DNA of 64,000 nt from an uncultured Candidatus Micrarchaeota archaeon (GTDB lineage Archaea; Micrarchaeota; Micrarchaeia; Anstonellales; Bilamarchaeaceae): contig CAWDQD010000009.1 of assembly GCA_963804385.1 (NCBI GenBank), positions 8,890-72,889 of the forward strand. Reading direction: 5' to 3'. Below, piece after piece: positions 38,557 through 47,721 of the stretch (the stretch's first letter is position 1; the number at the start of each line of letters is the position of its first letter). The position numbers and the translations under genes were made by a program. The notes under the pieces are model-generated. The model searched no databases. It worked only from the letters and a program-made list of their open reading frames with translations, and was not told the origin of the DNA.

Positions 38557-39173
38557 GTTTTCTTTCTTGGTCTATCCTTAGCGTCCTCTGTACCGAACAT
38601 GTTCATCAATATCGGGATGGCATAGATCGATGCCGCGAACCCTGCTAGGAATCCTGTGAAGAGCCTCATGGCATTCGTGCTCTCATAGACGAAGGGCAGG
38701 AAACCGAACTCAGATATGAGTTGTATCGTGCCATCCAGCGCCAACGGGACTATCGCGAGTATGAGCCAAATCGCGGGCCAGACCTTCTTCTCATTGATGT
38801 CGCGGAAGAGCGGATAGATGAGGGCGGCCAGAAGCATCGCGCCATATATCCCGACATCCCGCGAGCACACCGGCATCTTGTAACCGATGATGGTCGTGGT
38901 GCCGCTCGTGTACTCCTCCTTTATCGTGGCGCTGTCGGCCGCGGTATCCACGAACACGGAATCCTGCGGGGTGCAGTCCCCTATCCAGTAGTTTTTGCCG
39001 TCGCTGAAGACGCACAGCGAGCGCGATATCTTCTGGTGGCAGGTGTAAGAGAACGCCTTATAGAGCACGCTCGTGTCCTGGCTGAAAGAGAGGATGGGGG
39101 TGACGATGATGAGGCCTACCAGTAGCGCGAAGAGAAGTACGTAAATCCCGTAGATATATGCCTCCCGAGTCAT
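38550..39173 (-). CDS. DUF2085-type membrane protein
   Basis: CHQ...RS, PVCSRDVGIY, PLALDG..Q, STNAMRLFTG. Confidence 0.85.
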   Translation of the reverse strand: MTREAYIYGIYVLLFALLVGLIIVTPILSFSQDTSVLYKAFSYTCHQKISRSLCVFSDGKNYWIGDCTPQDSVFVDTAADSATIKEEYTSGTTTIIGYKMPVCSRDVGIYGAMLLAALIYPLFRDINEKKVWPAIWLILAIVPLALDGTIQLISEFGFLPFVYESTNAMRLFTGFLAGFAASIYAIPILMNMFGTEDAKDRPRKKTQ

Positions 39174-39246
39174 CAATACCGCCGTACTACGATAAAGAAA
39201 GGTTTTTTAATTAAATTCCCGAATATGCAACTCAAGGTGATCTAGA

Positions 39247-39498
39247 ATGACAGCTAGGCTTTCGAAACTGTACGGCATGGATATCTTCACAGATTCCGGG
39301 AAATTCATCGGCAACGCCCAGGATTTCATCGTGGATCTCGAGACCGGAGAAGTCTCAAGGATATTGCTCGAACCAATCCCGAGCGGCAAGGAAGACGCCA
39401 AGAAATCTCTCCGCGACAAGAGCATCCTCTACAAGAACGTGAAATCGGTCGAGGACGTGATAGTAGTAACAAAGGGTCCGACTCCGGGAGCGCAATAA
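39247..39498 (+). CDS. PRC-barrel domain protein
   Basis: LYGMDIFTDSGKFIG...DFIVDLETGEV...VKSVEDVIVV. Confidence 0.9.
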   Translation: MTARLSKLYGMDIFTDSGKFIGNAQDFIVDLETGEVSRILLEPIPSGKEDAKKSLRDKSILYKNVKSVEDVIVVTKGPTPGAQ

Positions 39499-39514
39499 CC
39501 CGGAGGTTTTCCCG

Positions 39515-39697
39515 ATGAGCACATTGACTAATGTGTTGGTGCTTATCGGTGCCCTGATCATAGGGATAGGTGTCACGTATTTCGGCACCTCCCTGATCCC
39601 CGGCATCGACGAGACGACGCAGATAATCATAGCAATCGTACTCTCCGTGTTCGCATTCATAGCCCTCTATTTCATGACCAAGAGCAGAGGGGGCTAA
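39515..39697 (+). CDS. Small two-TM membrane protein
   Basis: GGAGG RBS; two hydrophobic helices. Confidence 0.75.
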   Translation: MSTLTNVLVLIGALIIGIGVTYFGTSLIPGIDETTQIIIAIVLSVFAFIALYFMTKSRGG

Positions 39698-40182
39698 AGC
39701 CATCTTTCTATCCTTCTTTTTATCTCTTTAGTGGGCCTGACCGCCACCATCCCTTCTCCTGGCTGACCGTATACCACCAGGTCATCTTCACCCGCTTTCA
39801 GTATGAACGCCAAAGCAGTCAGGTCCTCTTCCCCGTCTATGAATACGGCGCCCCCCTTCTCCATGAGCGCTTCCGCATCCTTGATAAGGATGTCCGATAC
39901 CGTGCCAGCGGGGTTATCGTATCTCATCATGCTCTTGTACGCCTTTTTCAGGATGTCCAGGGTGTCGTTATCCACATCCGTCCTCTTTGAATGGTAATCG
40001 AAAACCGCGAGGTGCGGCCTTATGCCGAGCGACAGGAGAGTCGCGGTGCACACGTCCCCGATGGAGATTATACGCCTGAAGCGCTCTCTCATGGTGAGCT
40101 TCTTGAATTCGTTCGAATCCCTGAAAAGCTCCCCGATGGGTTTTTTGAGCTCGTTTTTCACTTCCTCGCTTATTTGCACCAT
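39694..40182 (-). CDS. GTP-dependent dephospho-CoA kinase (DUF359)
   Basis: LKKPIG, IGDVCT, NPAGT, DGEEDL, YGQPGEG. Confidence 0.92.
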   Translation of the reverse strand: MVQISEEVKNELKKPIGELFRDSNEFKKLTMRERFRRIISIGDVCTATLLSLGIRPHLAVFDYHSKRTDVDNDTLDILKKAYKSMMRYDNPAGTVSDILIKDAEALMEKGGAVFIDGEEDLTALAFILKAGEDDLVVYGQPGEGMVAVRPTKEIKRRIERWL

Positions 40183-40260
40183 TATCTATGATACGCGCCC
40201 TGGATTATTATTGGTACCCTGCTACGAAAGGCTTTTATTGCTGGCAAGCCAACTCTGATT

Positions 40261-40650
40261 ATGCCTTCCCGGCCCGTGGTGCTCGACACGAACTTCCTTC
40301 TCGTGCCGTTCCAGTTCAAGATCGACGTCCTGCGCGAGCTCGACTTCCTGGTGGATGTCAGCCACTATTTCGTGATCTCATCTAGGGCAGTGAAAGAGCT
40401 CGAGGCCATTGGCAAGGCGATTGGCAAGGACGGCATGGCGGCGCGGCTTGCGCTCAAGATGGTCCGGGCGAACGGAGACCGGATAAAGATAGTCGAGAGC
40501 GATGTGGAAGTGGACGACTGGATAGTCGAGTTCGCGAAGGCGAACCGCGCAATCGTCTGCACCAACGACAGCGGCCTGCGCAGGAGATTGAAATCCGCGA
40601 AAGTGAAGGTCGCTGCCATGAAATCCAGATCCAGGGTGGCTTTCGTATGA
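40261..40650 (+). CDS. PIN-domain protein (Fcf1/Utp24-like)
   Basis: VVLDTNFLL, VDDWI, VCTND..LRRRL. Confidence 0.9.
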   Translation: MPSRPVVLDTNFLLVPFQFKIDVLRELDFLVDVSHYFVISSRAVKELEAIGKAIGKDGMAARLALKMVRANGDRIKIVESDVEVDDWIVEFAKANRAIVCTNDSGLRRRLKSAKVKVAAMKSRSRVAFV

Positions 40651-40973
40651 GCGACATGGACATGCTCCCTATCGTCTGCTTCGGAGGCCTGCTACTCGTG
40701 CTCGTGATACTGTTCGCAATGTTGGCCCTCGGATCCGGGGCGTTCACCTATCGCAAGCGCAGCGAAGGCCCGAACACATGCCTCAGCGTCACCGCGAGGC
40801 GCAACCTGGCGCGCGTCTGCCTGGTGGTCAGGATCGGCAACGATGACATAACCTTCGAAAGGAAAAGGATAAGGAAAGGCCAGAGCGTGGATTTCGCCTA
40901 CCCCGCCACCAAGAACCCCGGAAAGCTCACCGTGGAAGTGGAATCAGGGAATGTCCGGAGCGTCGAGGTCTGA
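40647..40973 (+). CDS. Hypothetical protein with N-terminal TM
   Basis: ATGA overlap with the PIN gene; TM followed by a beta-rich domain. Confidence 0.7.
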   Translation: MSDMDMLPIVCFGGLLLVLVILFAMLALGSGAFTYRKRSEGPNTCLSVTARRNLARVCLVVRIGNDDITFERKRIRKGQSVDFAYPATKNPGKLTVEVESGNVRSVEV

Positions 40974-41005
40974 AGCATTTAAATGCATGGCTGCGTATCT
41001 GCCTC

Positions 41006-41950
41006 ATGATCCTGCTATACCAAGGTGAAGGGTCTGACGCCAATTTCCACTATCATTCGGGCGTGGACATAGACCATGCGTTCCTGCTCATGGACGGGAA
41101 AAGGAAAATCCTTCTTGTGCACGAGATGAACGCCGCCGTGGCCAAAGCGACATTCTCAGGCAAGGTCGTCGTCTACCGAGATGCGATGGCAACGCTCTCG
41201 AAGCTCCTGAAAGGCAAAACCGTCCTTTATGACAGCGATTCCATGAGCGTGCATCTCTTCTCCAGGCTGAAGAAAATCTGCAGGTTCAAGGATCATTCCC
41301 AGGAGCTCGCCCGGATGCGCATCGTGAAATCCCCCGAAGAAGTATCGAGGATCGCGAAGTCCGCGAGATGCGCGAAGGAGATACTCGAATCCCTCGAGAT
41401 AAATAAAGGGATGACAGAATTGGATGTGAAAAAGCAGCTTCTTCTCGCGACATTGGAGCAGGGGCTGGAGCTCTCGTTCGAGCCAATCGTGGCCGCTGAC
41501 ATCGACTCTTCATTCCCGCATTCGCATGCAGGGAAAAAGAGGATCGATTCACTCCTTCTGGTGGATTTCGGAGTGAAATACGAGCATTACTGCTCCGATC
41601 TCACCCGCTGCTTCATCCTGGACGGAGACAGGAAGAAGAAGGAGCAGTACGAGAGACTGAAAGACATCTGCTGGTTCATCGTGGATTCTTTGCCCCAGAT
41701 GAGCAAGGGGAGCGAGGTCTCGGCGCTCGCCAACGACCTGATGGCCAAGGCCGGATTCCCAAAGATGATCCATTCGATAGGCCATGGGGTCGGTCTGGAA
41801 GTGCATGAGCAACCGGGTCTGGGTCCGAAATCTACGGATTCTGTCTCTAAGGCAGCGATGGCGATCGAGCCAGCATTCTACCTTTCCAGATACGGGATGA
41901 GATACGAGGAGACCGTATACAATGACGGGAAGAAAGCCCGTGTGCTGTGA
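41006..41950 (+). CDS. pepQ: Xaa-Pro peptidase (M24)
   Basis: VDFGVKYEHYCSDLTR, HSIGHGVGLEVHE, IEP, GMRYEE. Confidence 0.9.
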   Translation: MILLYQGEGSDANFHYHSGVDIDHAFLLMDGKRKILLVHEMNAAVAKATFSGKVVVYRDAMATLSKLLKGKTVLYDSDSMSVHLFSRLKKICRFKDHSQELARMRIVKSPEEVSRIAKSARCAKEILESLEINKGMTELDVKKQLLLATLEQGLELSFEPIVAADIDSSFPHSHAGKKRIDSLLLVDFGVKYEHYCSDLTRCFILDGDRKKKEQYERLKDICWFIVDSLPQMSKGSEVSALANDLMAKAGFPKMIHSIGHGVGLEVHEQPGLGPKSTDSVSKAAMAIEPAFYLSRYGMRYEETVYNDGKKARVL

Positions 41951-42982
41951 CTACCAGACGCCAGGCTTGTATAATGGCTGTAGAATAGAGATCGGATCAT
42001 CGATTTCTGCCATTGATAAAAGAGCAATCGCACCTGAATGATGCAGGTAGCGCCTGTCTGGACCCCGGTTGCGGTCATCGGAAACCACGCCTCGGTATTT
42101 TTCCCGGATGAAAGCCAATACGGAATCCGGATCCTTCTTCACGCCAACCAGTCGCGTGTGCTCGGCTTTGTCTTGGTGTTTGTTTCGTTCGTATGCCGCT
42201 TCCATCTCGGCGAGCGTATACTCAGTGGCGATCAGGAAAACGTAGAGTGGCGCATCTTCGGTAGCCCAATCGAAAATACGCGAGTGGATGCAGGCAGAAG
42301 ATATACGGTCATCGCTTAGACCCATCTCCGGGGTCAGCTCTTCTGATTTGTATGCGTCATAAATCGGTTGATGACCTGCTATTATGCCTTCGGTGAGCGC
42401 GAGCGCGCCTCCATGCAGTTGGTAAGTATTAGGATACGACGCCCCGCCCCTCAATCCGATGACGAAATAGCCGTCCGCGGTCTCGATTATCCCCCCCACC
42501 GCGATTCCGTTGAATCCGTCTATCGATGCTCCGTGTCGGACCAGTTGTGTTTCATAGCTATGCCGCGGTCCTATCAAAACGGATGGCGTGCCATCCGGCT
42601 GGAGGGTGTGCTCGAGTTCATTCGCAGCCACGTCGTTCCACCATGGCAATGTTATCTTTTGCGCGTGCACCGGATCGATGCAGAGCAATTCGAGGGCCGC
42701 TCTGAAACGGGCGTCTTCTATATACATACCCTTAACGGTATCCGTCATCTCCCCGAGGTTGTATCTATCAAACTCTTTTCCGGTGGTGGTTCGATATCTG
42801 GAAATTACATCTTGGCCCAACCCATCTAACATTACCTTTGCTTCCCTGACTTTGGGTGGCTTTATGGATCCTGGTCTTCCCCCGAAATATCCATGACTTA
42901 GTTTATCCGCTGAGAGCTTGGAAGGGTATTTCGTGAGCGTATCGCGTTCGAATAGTTTTGACACATTTGTCATAATATACAT
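41951..42982 (-). CDS. Hypothetical protein with divergent Nudix-like fold
   Basis: GIAVGGIIETADGYFVIGLR...GG...EELTPEMGL resembles degenerate Nudix (NUDT22-like) proteins. Confidence 0.6.
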   Translation of the reverse strand: MYIMTNVSKLFERDTLTKYPSKLSADKLSHGYFGGRPGSIKPPKVREAKVMLDGLGQDVISRYRTTTGKEFDRYNLGEMTDTVKGMYIEDARFRAALELLCIDPVHAQKITLPWWNDVAANELEHTLQPDGTPSVLIGPRHSYETQLVRHGASIDGFNGIAVGGIIETADGYFVIGLRGGASYPNTYQLHGGALALTEGIIAGHQPIYDAYKSEELTPEMGLSDDRISSACIHSRIFDWATEDAPLYVFLIATEYTLAEMEAAYERNKHQDKAEHTRLVGVKKDPDSVLAFIREKYRGVVSDDRNRGPDRRYLHHSGAIALLSMAEIDDPISILQPLYKPGVW

Positions 42983-43106
42983 ATGAATATAACAATATAA
43001 AAATATGCCCGCCCGCTTTGATTTGGGTGGCTGGACGACTCGGCCCTAAACTCGACCGGGGTATCATGGTGGTCGAGCCTACGTTCTGCCTCTCGGGATA
43101 CGGGAT

Positions 43107-43210
43107 GAGGCATAAAGCTTTGCTCCTAATCTCCCCTAAATTGACGACTTTGGGAGCAGGATTTGGACTTTAGGAGCAGATTCGACTTTGGTAGCAAAGC
43201 TGAGGCATAG
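43107..43210. repeat. MITE-like element: 9-bp terminal inverted repeats, flanking direct repeats, three internal tandem repeats
   Basis: AGCTTTGCT (43116-43124) / AGCAAAGCT (43193-43201); flanks GAGGCATAA / GAGGCATAG; internal GACTTT(G/A)G(G/T)AGCA x3. Confidence 0.5.
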
Positions 43211-43260
43211 GAAGACAATATATATTTCCCACAATAATATGATACTCTGAAGGTGACTAG

Positions 43261-43581
43261 ATGTCTGCATTCGAAGGGCCGGAAGATGCCGCAGAATTGA
43301 TAAGCTACCAGGATGGCTCGGTCGTCAGCCGGGAGATCGTCAAAGGTGCTGGAGGCACCATCACGCTTTTCGCTTTCGATGTAGGGCAGGGCCTTAGCGA
43401 GCACACCGCGCCGTTCGATGCGTTGGTAATGTTGCTCGATGGCGAGGCGCAAATCACAATCAGCGGGAAAATCTCACTCGTCAAAACCGGCCAGATGGTT
43501 CTCATGCCTGCAGGGAAACCGCATGCGCTCAAGGCGAAACAAAGATTCAAGATGCTGCTGGTAATGTTAACCAAGAAATGA
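43261..43581 (+). CDS. Cupin domain protein
   Basis: TLFAFDVGQGLSEHTAPFDA...LDGEA...MPAGKPHAL; AGGTGA RBS. Confidence 0.92.
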   Translation: MSAFEGPEDAAELISYQDGSVVSREIVKGAGGTITLFAFDVGQGLSEHTAPFDALVMLLDGEAQITISGKISLVKTGQMVLMPAGKPHALKAKQRFKMLLVMLTKK

Positions 43582-43705
43582 GATTATCCATCATCTTGTG
43601 GGAAAAATCAGTTAAAAACGCATTTTAGCAGTTATAACCCCAAAACGATAGGCACATATATAAGCTATGTGCATATCTTATTGCAAATTGCGGAGCCTAT
43701 TTCGA

Positions 43706-44620
43706 ATGAGTTCAACATCACCTAACTGTCCAGAATGCAAAAGCAAGCGTATAATTCGTGATTATGAGAAGGGCGAACTGCTGTGTTCCAGCTGCGGCCT
43801 TATAATCTCAGAGAATATCCACGATATGGGTCCTGAGTGGAGAGCTTTCGACAGCGAACAGAAAGAAAAGAAAGCGCGAGGCGGAGCCCCGATAAAGTTC
43901 ATGAGGCCGAACAAGGGCCTCGTCACCGAGATAGACCAGTACAACCGCGACATCCGCGGCGGCAAGATAAGCCCGAAGAAGCAGGCGCAGCTCTACCGCA
44001 TGAGGAAATGGCATAAACGAGTTTCTATCTCAAGTTCTATGGAAAGGAACCTCGTCATCGCGCTGTCCGAGCTCGATCGGGTCGCTTCATCGCTTGGCCT
44101 GCCAGATAATATCAAGGAAAGCGCAGCCCTTCTTTATCGGAGAGCGGTGAAGGCGGAACTCATAAGGGGAAGGCTGATCGAGAGCGTGGTCGCTGCGGTG
44201 ATCTATGCCATCTGCAGGATCCAGGGCATTCCCAGGACTCTTGATGAGATTTCCAAGGCATCCGGTATCCAGAAGAAAGAGATCGGACGCGCCTACAGGT
44301 TCATCAAAACGGAACTGCAGGTAGATGTTCCTCTTACAAACCCGTCCCAGTACATCTCGAAATTCGCCACGGCGTTAAAGCTCGATGGCGAAGTGCAGGA
44401 AGAAGCGGTGAAGCTCATCGGAAAAGCTCTGCGAAAAGGCCTCATATCAGGAAGAGGACCGACCGGGGTTTCCGCTGCCGCGCTTTACATAGCTAGCGCC
44501 ATGCACGGCGAGAAGAAGACCCAGAAAGAAGTCGCGGACGTCGCCGGCGTCACAGAAGTCACGATCAGGAACCGCTACCGCGAGCTCAAGAAGGAGCTCG
44601 GCCTGAAAGTCAATCTGTAA
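43706..44620 (+). CDS. tfb: Transcription initiation factor IIB
   Basis: CPEC...CSSCG Zn ribbon, GPEWRAFD B-reader, two cyclin folds, VTEVTIRNRY. Confidence 0.98.
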   Translation: MSSTSPNCPECKSKRIIRDYEKGELLCSSCGLIISENIHDMGPEWRAFDSEQKEKKARGGAPIKFMRPNKGLVTEIDQYNRDIRGGKISPKKQAQLYRMRKWHKRVSISSSMERNLVIALSELDRVASSLGLPDNIKESAALLYRRAVKAELIRGRLIESVVAAVIYAICRIQGIPRTLDEISKASGIQKKEIGRAYRFIKTELQVDVPLTNPSQYISKFATALKLDGEVQEEAVKLIGKALRKGLISGRGPTGVSAAALYIASAMHGEKKTQKEVADVAGVTEVTIRNRYRELKKELGLKVNL

Positions 44621-44645
44621 CTCGCAAAAGAATTCGGGTAAAAAA

Positions 44646-44765
44646 TGCAGGGGACAGGATTCGAACCTGTGAAGGCACTAAGCCAAAAGATTTCCCAGAC
44701 CGCGATCGGTTAGGGAACGTCGGGCTCTTAAGTCTCTCGCGTTTGACCAACTTCGCTACCCCTGC
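44646..44765 (-). tRNA. tRNA-Leu(TAA) with about 35-nt intron (44692-44726)
   Basis: Minus strand GCAGGGG...CCCCTGCA acceptor stem, TGGTCAAA D-loop, TAA anticodon, long variable arm, TTCGAAT T-loop. Confidence 0.93.
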
Positions 44766-44810
44766 GTATTGCAGAGTATATGATGATGAAAAAGTAAATA
44801 AACCGGTCTT

Positions 44811-44845
44811 AAAAGGGAGGTTCTAAAGGAACCGCAGGTTCCTTT
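44811..44845 (-). terminator. Hairpin plus T-tract element, copy 2 of the 35-nt repeat
   Basis: AAAGGAACC-TGC-GGTTCCTTT perfect 9-bp stem overlapping the PAC2 stop codon. Confidence 0.7.
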
Positions 44846-45587
44846 AACCGTACATCGAGCCGCCTTCGCTCGCCGGAGGCATGCCCTTCTTCTTAGAGAT
44901 CTTGGCTTTGACGACCGCTTCCCGGAGTCCTTTCGAGAACTCGACCGCTTCCTTGTCGAGCTGGTTGGTGTTTATCTGGACATTGAGGATTTTCGATAAA
45001 ACACGTATCACGTTCGATGCGGCCTTCGGGTCGAGAAACTCTTCTGACGATTCGGCCAATATGGTCGTTATCGGGAAATGCTCGAGCGTGCCTTTGGTGA
45101 GCAGTATGCCGGTCACCCCGGTCGTTGCGCCTTCCCGGATGGGCTTGGCGATCTTCCTGGCGACAGCATCTTTGACTATAGCCGAATCGCTCGATATGAT
45201 ATAGACGCCTTTCTTCTCGTCCTGGAGCGATATGCCGCCCAGGCATATTATAGATGAGGCTCCGACGGATTTGGCGAACTCGAATATCTTTTCCGCGACA
45301 TCGAGCGAGGATCCGACCGGAATGGTCATCTCGGATATGACGACGAGCATATTGTATTTTTCTGAGTAGTGGATGCGGGCCGGGGGCATGGGCTTGAAAT
45401 CATGGATGGCCGCAAGGGGAGCGAACTCGGCGCTCGACACATATCCTACGAATTGCATCTGGAGCGCATCGACTATCTGCGATGCGGCGACGCTTCCGAC
45501 GAGTCCGGTGCCCGGGAGCCCAATCACCAGCGTCGGTTTCTTCAGGTTTTTCAAATCCACGGTCCTATGTATCTGTACGTCGCCCAT
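44844..45587 (-). CDS. PAC2 family proteasome assembly chaperone
   Basis: IGLPGTGLVGSVA, PPARIH, ICLGG, DPKAA; C-terminal MYG (HbYX-like). Confidence 0.9.
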   Translation of the reverse strand: MGDVQIHRTVDLKNLKKPTLVIGLPGTGLVGSVAASQIVDALQMQFVGYVSSAEFAPLAAIHDFKPMPPARIHYSEKYNMLVVISEMTIPVGSSLDVAEKIFEFAKSVGASSIICLGGISLQDEKKGVYIISSDSAIVKDAVARKIAKPIREGATTGVTGILLTKGTLEHFPITTILAESSEEFLDPKAASNVIRVLSKILNVQINTNQLDKEAVEFSKGLREAVVKAKISKKKGMPPASEGGSMYG

Positions 45588-45641
45588 GGTTACTCTTGGA
45601 GTGACAAACGTTTTTATATCATTCGTATCTCATTCCATCTA

Positions 45642-45806
45642 ATGGCACAGCAAAGCGTGTCCATGCCGATGGCTTCGGCTGGCATAATAGGGTTCTCCAA
45701 AGACATCAAGATCAGCGGCCTAGAGGTCGACCCCAAGCTACTCATCGTTGGCGTCTTCGCCATCGTCATAGCCGTGCATGTCATGGCGGCATTGATATCG
45801 TACTGA
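45642..45806 (+). CDS. secG: Preprotein translocase subunit Sec61beta
   Basis: PMASAGIIGF...VDPKLLIV plus a single TM; 54 aa. Confidence 0.88.
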   Translation: MAQQSVSMPMASAGIIGFSKDIKISGLEVDPKLLIVGVFAIVIAVHVMAALISY

Positions 45807-45816
45807 AAACGCCACT

Positions 45817-46944
45817 TCATACCCGCTTAGCTTCAGCCATGAGCCTCTTTATCTTACCGCCGTCTTTATCCCTGACGCTCTCGTCAGCGAGCACGAGTAT
45901 GCGCATCCTGTCCTCCTCAGCCACCTTGAGCGATTCGACCAGTTTCGAGAGCTTTATGATCGGTTGCAACTTGCCGTCGATCTCGACTTTGAGCTCGATA
46001 GGCTTGAAGAACTGGTGCGGATAATCCACAATGACCTCCGTCCCCAACCGGGCCGAGATGGCAGCGCCGAGTTTCCTGCATCTGGCCTCGTTCCATCCCT
46101 CCTTCGGGAACGAGCAGACTTCCTTGTAGAGTTTTCTCTCGAGGAGGGCCTTCGCGTAGACGCCTCCTTTCTTGGAGCGCCTCATCTGCGCCATCGCCTC
46201 TTCGTCATCCATCTCTTCGAATCTCTCGGGTTCCAGGGTTCCGTCTTCTATGGAACCTTCGATCGCGCGATAGAGCATGGCGGTGGCTATGCGCACGGTC
46301 CGATGCATGTAGACCGCGGAGAACATCATGAATCGCGCCACAAGCAGGTATTCGGCTGCCTCGAAACCTCCTTTGCCTATGCAGAGCTGCCCATCCCTGA
46401 TTATGAGGGTGTGCACTATCCGGTCCATGTCTATTATGCCGTAGGCCACCCCGGTGTTGAGCGCATCGCGCTTCAGGTAGTCCATCCTGTCGGCGCCCAG
46501 ATCCGAGGTCACGATAGCGCCTTGCGGGGTGCTTCCGATGCCCGCTATCTCGCGCGGATCGAAATTCTCGGATATTATGTCCGCGAGCTCGCCCTTGGTC
46601 ATCCTGTTGACCCCCCGCTTCTCATGGTCTCCTATGTATTTCTTCACCACGTCTTCGCCTTCATGCGAGAAAGCGGTGTGGCCTATGTCGTGGAGCAGGC
46701 CATATAGCTTCACTTTGCGGACATCGTCCTCAGGAAGCCCGATCTTGCGCGCGATGACCGATGAGAGGTGCGCAGTCCCGAGCGAATGCTCGAACCGGGT
46801 GTGCGTGGCCCCAGGATAGACCAGGTTCGTGATGGACATCTGCTTTATCCTGCGCAGCCGCTGGAAAGCTGGGCTGTCTATTATCCTTCCCTCGAGCTCA
46901 TCGAACTGGATCGTGCCGTGGATGTCGTCTTTGATTATCATCAT
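45817..46944 (-). CDS. HD-domain phosphohydrolase (dNTP triphosphohydrolase-like)
   Basis: IKDDIHG, FQRLRRIKQ, VYPGATHTRFEHSLG, LLHDIGH, ADRMDYL. Confidence 0.92.
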   Translation of the reverse strand: MMIIKDDIHGTIQFDELEGRIIDSPAFQRLRRIKQMSITNLVYPGATHTRFEHSLGTAHLSSVIARKIGLPEDDVRKVKLYGLLHDIGHTAFSHEGEDVVKKYIGDHEKRGVNRMTKGELADIISENFDPREIAGIGSTPQGAIVTSDLGADRMDYLKRDALNTGVAYGIIDMDRIVHTLIIRDGQLCIGKGGFEAAEYLLVARFMMFSAVYMHRTVRIATAMLYRAIEGSIEDGTLEPERFEEMDDEEAMAQMRRSKKGGVYAKALLERKLYKEVCSFPKEGWNEARCRKLGAAISARLGTEVIVDYPHQFFKPIELKVEIDGKLQPIIKLSKLVESLKVAEEDRMRILVLADESVRDKDGGKIKRLMAEAKRV

Positions 46945-47693
46945 CACACCGGAGCGAACACGCCCTTCTTCTTCTCGAGTATTTCGCCCGCTTCGGACAT
47001 TATGCGGAGCACGGCCATGCATCCTTCGGGGTCGAGCTTGGTCGCGGCAGAAACCGATGAGGCATCCATGTCCTCGGTGAGGGCCTTGCTTATCGTAATT
47101 TGCGCCTGGTTGAGGTAGCCTCTTGTGACCACGTAGAATTTGCCGTCGAAGCCCTTCACTCCGGCCACAGCCCCGTTCTTCATCTCCTGCGATAGGCTTT
47201 CCGACAGCGTCCTGGCCTGGTTCCTGTCGTTCATTACTATGAACCCTTGGCTCTTGAGGAGGCTGGTAAGGTCGTTCGGAGACGCCTGGACCTCCTGGGG
47301 CGTTGGTGGCGCCCTGCCTTTCTGCGCGAGCAGGTAAGCCTTGTCGCTGATATTGTAGACCCCATCCTTGTATTTCGTGCTCTTGAAAACGTTCACGAGA
47401 CCCTTGCGCTCAAGCTCCGCGAGCACTGGTTTCTCGTCCTTGCCGAGCACTTTATTGACATACGCCGGGACGCGCTGCTCGAAACGTATGGCGAGGAGCT
47501 TCATGAGCACCGCGCTTTCGGCACCGCTGATTTGATCCGTCTTCGCTGGCTTTGGCTCTTCCTGGCCAAGCGGCAATGAAAGTAGGTAATATCCTGGTTT
47601 GAGCGGGAATAATTCTATCTCGTCATGGTTTGAGAGATCCTGGGGCAGCTCGATGTACGAATTGTCCTGCCTTTTGATCACCCGCACCCGCAT
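46944..47693 (-). CDS. Hypothetical protein (AbrB-like N-terminus, possible winged helices)
   Basis: MRVRVIKRQDNSYIELP start; LAELERKGLV and LRIMSEAGEILEK segments; overlaps HD gene start. Confidence 0.7.
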   Translation of the reverse strand: MRVRVIKRQDNSYIELPQDLSNHDEIELFPLKPGYYLLSLPLGQEEPKPAKTDQISGAESAVLMKLLAIRFEQRVPAYVNKVLGKDEKPVLAELERKGLVNVFKSTKYKDGVYNISDKAYLLAQKGRAPPTPQEVQASPNDLTSLLKSQGFIVMNDRNQARTLSESLSQEMKNGAVAGVKGFDGKFYVVTRGYLNQAQITISKALTEDMDASSVSAATKLDPEGCMAVLRIMSEAGEILEKKKGVFAPV

Positions 47694-47721
47694 ACAGGTG
47701 ATTCCGCGTCTTCATTTTAAA

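Noticed and set aside
43146..43200. Three short tandem repeats as a mini-CRISPR
   Set aside because: Units are about 13 nt with 5-7 nt gaps, far too short.
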